Of a DNA stretch of 64,000 bases, positions 51,938-64,000 are shown piece after piece. The notes beneath the pieces were generated by a model. The model worked only from the letters and a program-made list of their open reading frames with translations, was not told where the DNA came from and did no database searches. The DNA is from Heptranchias perlo (lineage: Eukaryota): the NCBI RefSeq assembly GCF_035084215.1, contig NC_090332.1, forward strand, positions 1,922,001 through 1,986,000, written 5' to 3'. The position numbers were made by a program, and so were the translations under genes. Position 1 is the stretch's first letter. The number at the start of each line of letters is the position of its first letter.

Positions 51938-52299
51938 AATTAGTCAATCCCCACCCTCCTCCTGATATTAACAATTCACATTGAAGGAGGATTGAACAAA
52001 TGAAATACTCTGATTAATCATTTTTTTACTCACTCACATTCTGAACATAGGCCCAGGAGTGGGACGGTCTGAAATTCATCTCTCTTGTATTCAACGGAGG
52101 TTTCTGTTAAACGGGTTAACACCTCTGCTCAAAGTGCAGAAAGAACGATTGCAGAAAACATTGGTCACTGATATCCCACAGAGTAACTTCAGGGCAAGAG
52201 AGAAACAGCACAAATACTGTCCCATTTTTTTTGTGGGTGAAAATGCAAAAGGGGGAATTTTTGCTTCAATTAGAAGAGGGTTGTTAATGGTAGCAAGTA

Positions 52300-54272
52300 G
52301 AACACTCCCAGGGCAGGTACAGCATGGGTTAGATACAGAGTAAAGCTCCCTCTACACTGTCCCATCAAACACTCCCAGGGCAGGTACAGCACGGGTTAGA
52401 TACAGAGTAAAGCTCCCTCTACACTGTCCCATCAAACACTCCCAGGGCAGGTACAGCACGGGTTAGATACAGAGTAAAGCTCCCTCTACACTGTCCCATC
52501 AAACACTCCCAGGGCAGATACAGCACGGGTTAGATACAGAGTAAAGCTCCCTCGACACTGTCCCATCAAACACTCCCAGGGCAGATACAGGGTTAGATAC
52601 AGAGTAAAGCTCCCTCTACACTGTCCCATCAAAGACTCCCAGGGCAGGTACAGGGTTAGATACAGAGTAAAGCTCCCTCTACACTGTCCCATCAAACACT
52701 CCCAGGGCAGGTACAGGGTTAGATACAGAGTAAAGCTCCCTCTACACTGTCCCATCAAACACTCCCAGGGCAGGTACAGCACGGGTTAGATACAGAGTAA
52801 AGCTCCCTCCACACTGTCCCATCAAACACTCCCAGGGCAGGTACAGCACGGGTTAGATACAGAGTAAAGCTCCCTCGACACTGTCCCATCAAACACTCCC
52901 AGGGCAGGTACAGGGTTAGATACAGAGTAAAGCTCCCTCTACACTGTCCCATCAAAGACTCCCAGGGCAGGTACAGGGTTAGATACAGAGTAAAGCTCCC
53001 TCTACACTGTCCCATCAAACACTCCCAGGGCAGGTACAGGGTTAGATACAGAGTAAAGCTCCCTCTACACTGTCCCATCAAACACTCCCAGGGCAGGTAC
53101 AGCACGGGTTAGATACAGAGTAAAGCTCCCTCCACACTGTCCCATCAAACACTCCCAGGGCAGGTACAGCACGGGTTAGATACAGAGTAAAGCTCCCTCT
53201 ACACTGTCCCATCAAACACTCCCAGGGCAGGTACAGCACGGGTTAGATACAGAGTAAAGCTCCCTCTACACTGTCCCATCAAACACCCCCAGGGCAGGTA
53301 CAGCACGGGTTAGATACAGAGTAAAGCTCCCTCTACACTGTCCCATCAAACACTCCCAGGGCAGGTACAGCACGGGTTAGATACAGAGTAAAGCTCCCTC
53401 TACACTGTCCCATCAAACACTCCCAGGGCAGGTACAGCACGGGTTAGATACAGAGTAAAGCTCCCTCTACACTGTCCCATCAAACACTCCCAGAGCAGGT
53501 ACAGCACGGGTTAGATACAGAGTAAAGCTCCCTCTACACTGTCCCATCAAACACTCCCAGGGCAGGTACAGCACGGGTTAGATACAGAGTAAAGCTCCCT
53601 CCACACTGTCCCATCAAACACCCCCAGGGCAGGTACAGCACGGGTTAGATACAGAGTAAAGCTCCGTCTACACTGTCCCATCAAACACTCCCAGGGCAGG
53701 TACAGCACGGGTTAGATACAGAGTAAAGCTCCCTCTACACTGTCCCATCAAACACTCCCAGGGCAGGTACAGCACAGGTTAGATACAGAGTAAAGCTCCC
53801 TCTACACTGTCCCGTCAAACACTCTCAGGGCAGGTACAGCACGGGTTAGATACAGAGTAAAGCTCCCTCTACACTGTCCCATCAAACACTCCCAGGGCAG
53901 GTACAGCACGGGTTAGATACAGAGTAAAGCTCCCTCTACACTGTCCCATCAAACACTCCCAGGGCAGGTACAGCACGGGTTAGATACAGAGTAAAGTTCC
54001 CTCTACACTGTCCCATCAAACACTCCCAGGGCAGGTACAGCACGGGTTAGATACAGAGTAAAGCTCCCTCTACACTGTCCCATCAAACACTCCCAGGGCA
54101 GGTACAGCACGGGTTAGATACAGAGTAAAGCTCCCTCTACACTGTCCCATCAAACACTCCCAGGGCAGGTACAGCACGGGTTAGATACAGAGTAAAGCTC
54201 CCTCTACACTGTCCCATCAAACACTCCCAGGGCAGGTACAGCACGGGTTAGATACAGAGTAAAGCACGGGTT
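52300..54272 (-). repeat. Same 67-bp minisatellite in inverted orientation, ~30 units, some 62-bp variants
   Basis: Reverse complement of the 50391-50830 unit. Confidence 0.96.
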
Positions 54273-54299
54273 CAATGTCAGATAAGGCATGTTTTACAC

Positions 54300-54661
54300 T
54301 AGGGTTGCCAACCCTCCAGGATTGTCCTGGAGGCTCCAAGAATTAAAGATTAATCTCCAGGACACTGCCACGAGCAACGTGGGAAAAAAATCATAGGAGC
54401 GTTAAAAAAATCACGTGTCTTTCGTTTTCCCTGAACACTTTCATTCATTAATTATAACAATATCGGAGATGGGGAAAAATGGCTCTTTGACTGACGGTCA
54501 AGAATCACCCGACCGAGTAACAAAGAGTCTGTTCGATCTCCGATTGGCCATGAGAAGACGGTGTGTCGTGAGATTGGACGTGTCGGGTAACCAATGGTGG
54601 GAGCGGGAGGTTCACGTGATGAAATCTCCAGGAATATGTCCAACCAGAGTTGCCGATCGTA
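54300..54661. mobile_element. Probable MITE with TAGGGTTGCCAAC terminus
   Basis: Left end TAGGGTTGCCAACCCTCCAGGA, degenerate right end GTTGCCGATCGTA, repeated CTCCAGGA subterminal motifs. Confidence 0.45.
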
Positions 54662-55152
54662 TTTCAGACACAAACTGATGAGGAATTTGTGAGGAGGAGG
54701 GAGGTGAACCTTCGAGAAGCTGCCAGACCCTTTGTTGCTAACACGTGCTCAGAATCATCGGGGGCAGTTTTCCAGAATTCTAAGTGGATAAATCAAAAAA
54801 GTATCAAGCCATTTATGGGCAAATTACTGATTAATGAACTAAATATGTTATTTTATGTCTTTCCAACCACATAGCCACATTTTTAAAATGATTATTTATT
54901 AAGTTTTTTGATATCCATTTTCATGAAAACATTAATATGAATAATGCATTCAGGCAAAAATAGAATTGGGGCTTAGTGGGTGAGCTGTGTGTTAATCCCT
55001 TGTGACCTGCCATTAAACAGCTTACACATTCTGCATTTAGTTGTGTTGTGGGGGGAGTTCCTATGAGCTGCCACCCGCCTCCCCCCTCATCCCAGTTCAA
55101 CCACTCCCTGCCGACACTCCTCTCCTTCTGCCCACTTTACAGAGGAGAGATT

Positions 55153-55302
<150 letters not shown>

Positions 55303-55696
55303 TCAAAAAAGAAAACTGAAGGAGAGAATTTCTTCTTTGTGGAATGAAGCAGTTGCTAAGTTCGGCCTTTAGTTGGAGCATGCCCTGGTCTGGGGGGCGT
55401 TTCCTGTCAGCACTGAGAGCAGTTCCTGGGGCCACTTTCCACCTGGCCAGAGAGCAGATACAGATATCCCAAGCCCTCCCCGGTACATCATAGTGGACAA
55501 TGTGATGTCTACCTGGCAGGTTCCTCAGGAGATGTCCAATGTCCATTCACATTTTCCTTGTTCTATGAAGTGGGGTTTGCAATGTATTGAGTGAGTTACA
55601 GTAAAAATTAGGGTGGGGCCTTCCATACGTGAATCTGTGTTAAATTATTCTACTCGATGTTTGAATACAGAATTACTGTACGGTTAGCAAGACGTT

Positions 55697-58600
55697 AGCG
55701 GCTACAGGGCATTCTCAAGGGGGAGGGTGAGCAGGCAGAGGTCGTGGTCCACATTGGGACCAACGACATAGGTAGGAAGGGAGATGAGGTCCTGCATCAA
55801 GAATTTAGGGAGCTAGGTAGCAGATTAAAGAGCAGGACCTCAAAGGTTGTAATCTCTGGATTACTCCCAGTGCCACGGGCTAGTGAGTATAGAAATAGGA
55901 GGATAGAACAGATGAATGCGTGGCTAAAGAGTTGGTGCAGGAGGGAGGGTTTCAGTTTCCTGGATCACTGGGCCTGCTTCTGGGGAAGGTGGGACTTGTA
56001 CAAGTCGGACGGGTTGCACCTGAACCAGAGCGGGACAAATATCCTTGCGGGGAGGTTTGCTAGCACTGTTGGGGGGGGTTTAAACTAACTTGGCAGGGGG
56101 ATGGGATACAGAGTGGAGCTACAATAGGGGGTGATGTGCAGCCAAATATAGAGAAAAAAACAAGTCAGCTTGGAAGACAGGGCAAATATGTGAGGGCAAG
56201 GCTGGATGGCATCTATTTTAATGCAAGGAGTCTTGCGAATAAGGTGGATGAACTGAAGGTGTTGATAAACACATGGGAGTATGATATTGTTGCTGTCACA
56301 GAGACATGGTTGAGGGAGGGGCAAGACTGGCAGCTCAATATTCCGGGGTACAGAATCTTCAGGCGAGACAGAGGGGGAGGTATAAGAGGAGGGGGGGTCG
56401 CAATATTAATTAAAGAATCAATTACTGCCATAAGGAGGGATGATATATTAGCAGGTTCCTCTAATGAGGCCATATGGGTGGAGCTTAAAAACAAAAAGGG
56501 GGCAAGCACTTTGATGGGAGTGTACTATAGGCCCCCAAACAGTCAGGGGGAGATAGAGGAACAAATATGTAGGCAAATCTCAGAAAATTGTGCAAATAAT
56601 AGGGTAATAATAGTGGGGGATTTCAACTTCCCCAATATTAACTGGGATACTCAGAGTGTAAAAGGCTTAGAGGGTACAAAATTCTTAACGTGCATCCAGG
56701 AGAGCTTTTTGAGCCAGCATGTAGAAAGTCCTACAAGAGAGGGGGTGGTACTGGACCTAATTCTAGGGAATGTGGCCGGCCAAGTGGAAGAAGTGCTAGT
56801 AGGTGAGCACTTTGGTGACAGTGACCATAATTCGGTGAGATTTAAGGTGGTCATGGAAAAGGACAGGGAGGGGCCGGAAATAAAGGTTCTAAATTGGGGG
56901 AAGGCCGATTTTAATAGGATAAGGCAGGATCTGGCCAAAATGGACTGGGATCAGCTGCTTGTAGGAAAATCCGCATCGGAGCAATGGGAGTCTTTCAGAA
57001 GGGAGATTGAGACCATACAATGGCAACATGTTCCCGTAAAGGTCAAGGGTGGTTCCAAGAACTCCAGGGAACCTTGGATGTCAGGGGATATACGAGAATA
57101 GATTAGGAAAAAAAGGAGGGCTTTTGGCCGATACAAAAGGCTAAAGACGGAGGAAGCCCTAGAGGAGTACAAAAAGTGCAGGGGGATACTTAAAAAAGAA
57201 ATTAGGAGATCAAGGAGGGGCCATGAAATAACACTGGCGAGCAAAATAAAGGAAAATCCTAAGATGTTTTATAAGTATATTAAGGGTAAGAGGATAACTA
57301 GGGAAAAAATAGGGCCCATTAGGGACAAAAATGGCAATCTGTGTGTGGAGCCGGCAGATGTAGGAGGGGTTCTAAATGAATTTTTTGCATCTGTTTTCAC
57401 TATGGAGAAGGACGATGTAGACATAGAAATACGGCAGGGGGACTGTGATATACTCGAACATATTAACATCGAGCGGGAGGAGGTATTGGCGGTTTTAGCA
57501 GGCCTAAAAATGGATAAATCCCCAGGCCTGGACGAAATGTATCCCAGGCTACTGTGTGAGGCAAAGGAGGAGATTGCGGGGGCTCTAACACATATATTCA
57601 GAACCTCTCTGGCCACAGGGGATGTGCCAGAGGACTGGAGAACCGCTAATGTAGTACCATTATTCAAGAAGGGGAGTAGGGAAAAACCGGGGAACTACAG
57701 GCCAGTGAGCCTAACATCAGTGGTAGGAAAATTATTGGAAAAAATTCTGGAGGACAAAATTAGTCTCCACTTGGAGAAGCAAGGATTAATCAGGGATAGT
57801 CAACATGGCTTTGTCAAGGGAAGATCATGTCTGACTAATTTGATTGAATTTTTTGAGGGGGTGACTAGGCGTGTGGATGAGGGTAACGCAGTGGATGTGG
57901 TATACATGGATTTCAGTAAGGCCTTCGATAAAGTCCCGCACAGGAGACTGGTCAAGAAGGTACGAGCCCATGGAGTCCAGGGTGCCTTGGCACTTTGGAT
58001 ACAAAACTGGCTTAGTGGCAGAAGGCAGAGGGTGATGGTCGAAGGTTGTTTTTGTGACTGGAAGCCTGTGGCCAGTGGGGTACCACAGGGATCTGTGCTG
58101 GGGCCCTTGCTGTTTGTGGTCTACATTAACGACTTGGATATGAATGTAAAAGGTATGATCAGTAAGTTCGCTGATGATACAAAAATTGGTAGGGTGGTAA
58201 ATAGCGAGGAGGATAGCCTCAGTCTGCAGGACGATATAGATGGGTTGGTCAGATGGGCGGAACAGTGGCAAATGGAATTTAACCCGGAAAAGTGCGAGGT
58301 GATGCACTTTGGAGGGACTAACAAGGCAAGGGAATACACAATGAATGGGAGGACCCTAGGCAAGACAGAGGGTCGGAGGGATCTTGGTGTGCAAGTTCAC
58401 AGATCCCTGAAGGCGGCGGAACAGGTAGATAAGGTGGTAAAGAAGGCATATGGGATACTTGCCTTTATTAGCCGAGGCATAGAATATAAGAGCAAGGAGG
58501 TTATGATGGAGCTGTATAAAACACTGGTTAGGTCACAGCTGGAGTACTGTGTGCAGTTCTGGTCGCCACACTACAGGAAGGATGTGATCGCTTTGGAGAG

Positions 58601-59085
58601 GGTGCAGAGGAGATTCACCAGGATGTTACCAGGGCTGGAGCGCTTCAGCTATGAAGAGAGACTGGGAAGATTGGGTTTGTTTTCCTTGGAGCAGAGGAGG
58701 CTGAGGGGGGACATGATTGAGGTGTACAAAATTATGAGGGGCACAGATAGGATGGATACTAAGGAGCTTTTTCCCTTCGTTGAGGGTTCTATAACAAGGG
58801 GACATAGATTCAAGGTAAAAGGCGGGAGGTTTAGAGGGGATTTGAGAAAGAACTTTTTCACCCAGAGGGTGGTTGGAGTCTGGAACTCACTGTCTGAAAG
58901 GGTTGTGGAGGCAGGAACCCTCACAACATTCAAGAAGCATTTGGATGAGCACTTGAAATGCCATAGCATACAAGGCTACGGACCAAATGCTGGAATATGG
59001 GATTAGAGTAGACAGGGCTGATGGCCTGCGCGGACACGATGGGCCGAAGGGCCTCTATCCGTGCTGTATAACTCTATGACTCTAT
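55697..59085 (+). mobile_element. Young CR1 LINE: 3' part of ORF1 (SGNH/esterase) + ORF2 with a single premature stop (57099-57101); in the last CHRNA2 intron, antisense
   Basis: VHIGTND...DGLHLN esterase; ORFs 56136-57101 and 57264-59006 share one frame; GACGTT TSD at 55691-96 and 59086-91. Confidence 0.96.
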
Positions 59086-59458
59086 GACGTTCGAAACATC
59101 TCGTCTATCAGATGGTGGTGGTGAAACATTTGTCAATGCGGTTGTGTTGCAGGAGGCCCCACCTGTCCTCCTGTCCAGCTACCTATCTTATTTTTGAAAT
59201 ATCCAGTACACAGGCCACATTCGGCCTTCTTATAATTGGCTTCAATTGCAAACTTTGACTTTTGTGTGAGGGAGGGAGAATCAATCACGTTTGTGGCCCT
59301 TAAGGGTTATCATCTCTTGAGGTGCAGGAAGAGGCCATGTTAATATAGTTGGCAGGGTTTATTTACAGGGTCCTGATGGCACAGTGTTAGCACAGTCTCC
59401 TCCAAGAACATAAATGAAAGGAAGAAGGAAAGTTAATTTAGCCCATCAATTCCGCTTC

Positions 59459-59722
59459 TCCCACAGCCCATGTCCACTCTCCCCTATCATAGACTCTACC
59501 CACCCATTTAATCTCCTCCCACAGCCCATGTACACTCTCCCCTATCATAGACTCTACCCACCCATTTAATCTCCTCCCACAGCCCATGTACACTCTCCCC
59601 TATCATGGACTCAACCCACCCATTTAATCTCCTCCCACAGCCCATGTACACTCTCCCCTATCATGGACTCTACCCACCCATTTAATCTCCCCCCACAACC
59701 CATGTGCACTCTCCCCTATCAT
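59459..59722. repeat. 58-bp minisatellite, ~4.5 units
   Basis: CCACAGCCCATGTACACTCTCCCCTATCAT...TTTAATCTC repeated. Confidence 0.9.
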
Positions 59723-61529
59723 CGACCTAAAAGAACTTTCCGTCCAACTTGCAGCTGGTTATGTCGGCGGAGTGGGGGCACCTCCGCGGAAATTTCTGCC
59801 CATGTCAACATTTAAGAATAGATTCGATAGATGTTTGAAGGAAAGGAATAAAGGGATATGTGATAAGGGCTGGCACGTGGGATTAGGACCTCGAGTCTGC
59901 TCCGCTATTCAATGAGATAATGGTTGATCTGTACCTCAACTCCATTTACTTGCTTTTGCTCCATATCCCTTAATACCCTTACCTAATAATGATCTACAGA
60001 TCTCAGTTTCAAAAACTCCAATTGACCCCCAGCATCAAAGTGTTTCCTGATTTCATTCCTGAATGGCTTGGGACTGATTTTAAGGTTATGCCCCCTTGTT
60101 CTGGATTCACCCACCAGAGGAAATAGGTTCTCTCTATCGACCCTATCAAGTCCCTTTATCATTTTAAACACTTTGATTAGATCACCCCTCAATCGTCCAA
60201 AGGGAAACCAAACCTAGTCAACTGTCCATGTGGGGGGTAAACACCAACACGGACTGTTTGGGTTGAATGACTTGTTTCCATATTGTGATTTCTGTGTGGT
60301 CCTGCGTAATTCCAATTAAATCCACAGCCCACTGCCGGTCACCACCAGCACCACCACCTCTGAGTGTCCCCCCTCCCGATTGACCTCCCCCCGCTTTCCC
60401 GAGAGCGGTGAACTGCCTCTGGGCTTTGGGGCCGTGATTGGCTCCCAGTATTAAACGAGGCTGTGGACCAATATCCCGTGTTCCTACCGCCAGCCTCATT
60501 AGGCGTGTGCAGCGTACTCTGCCCCCATTCGGGCACAATTCAATATCGAGGCACTGGTCCTTCTCCCTGACGGGCTCCATCAGCACAGTGTCAATTAAGA
60601 GTAACACAGGAAAAAATAGCTGTTTGAAATCTGTTTCCAGAACCTGTCTTTATAAATGTCCAGTTGTGTTGATTCCACCAGTAATTTCAGTTATCAGTCA
60701 GCGTGACATCATCGCAGAGTAAATAGCTGTCATTAATATTCTGCCCAAACTAACCAATGGCCTGGATTCTATCAGGTGATTGGAAAAGATCCAATTATCG
60801 GCTTTGTAACTTAACAATGTACAAAGCAGTGAGCAATTATCAGTCAATGGGTGAAGCTGGTTGGTTAACTGATGCCATTAACAACTCTGACCTTGAACTG
60901 AGCTCATATCTTCATTCTCCACCAGCTGTAGATTTTTTACAAGATGCGTTATAGTTTCAATAAAACCAGGGACTATATGAGCAAGAATTCAAATCAGAGA
61001 CTGACGGGCAGGACTTGGGATGTGAATAGTTGAGGTTAATAGTGTCAGACAAGGACAAATGAAAAGTATTGTCACCACTGGACATCTGAAATGAAACCAG
61101 GAAGTGCTGGAAGAGAGGTTCTGAGAAAGACTCAACGCCTGACATTGAGCTGCCTGGTTCCAGACTCGCCTCATATTTCCAGCAGTTTTATTGTCCAGTT
61201 TAGACGAGGTCAGTGGTTTGCAGTGTGGTTTGATTTGGGGTTGGGTGGTGGACGTAATTTCTGTGTATTATCCCCCGACAAAGACAAAATGAATGAAAAC
61301 AGGGGAGTGAGCCGTTGATTTACGACTGGTCCCAGAACCATGCACGGCCCCAGGGTACAGATCCATCCCCCAGAACTGAGCATAGTTTCAGTGATAGAAC
61401 CAAGCTCAGCCCCTCCCAGAACTGTGTGACATGTTGGGTTTCAAATCCAACTACACCCTAATTGTAAATGTAAACTGTGTCAGCCGTGGCTCAGTGGGCA
61501 GCCTGTGAGTCAGAAGGTTTTTTTTTAGG

Positions 61530-64000
<2,471 letters not shown>

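Overview
Repeat-rich vertebrate DNA, almost certainly a cartilaginous fish (shark-type CR1 LINEs, Deu-domain tRNA SINEs, a Penelope element with hammerheads, several minisatellites). There are two host genes, arranged tail to tail. (1) A 7-exon + strand gene (14534-37518, 371 aa as spliced here, all intron phases compatible). It encodes a signal peptide, two germline-joined antigen-receptor-like V-J Ig domains, an uncharged transmembrane helix and a tail with YxN, ITIM and ITSM motifs, so it looks like a non-rearranging inhibitory immune receptor that I cannot assign to a named family. (2) The last two coding exons of neuronal nicotinic receptor alpha-2 (CHRNA2) on the - strand. The other standout is a 3.3 kb LINE (42700-46012) with no ORF1, a tRNA-Thr-like Pol III promoter head and no TTTT anywhere on its sense strand. 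A SINE made of exactly its 5' and 3' ends lies about 4 kb away. The very long ORFs in the track are artefacts of tandem repeats. Family names for repeats are from memory, not database searches.
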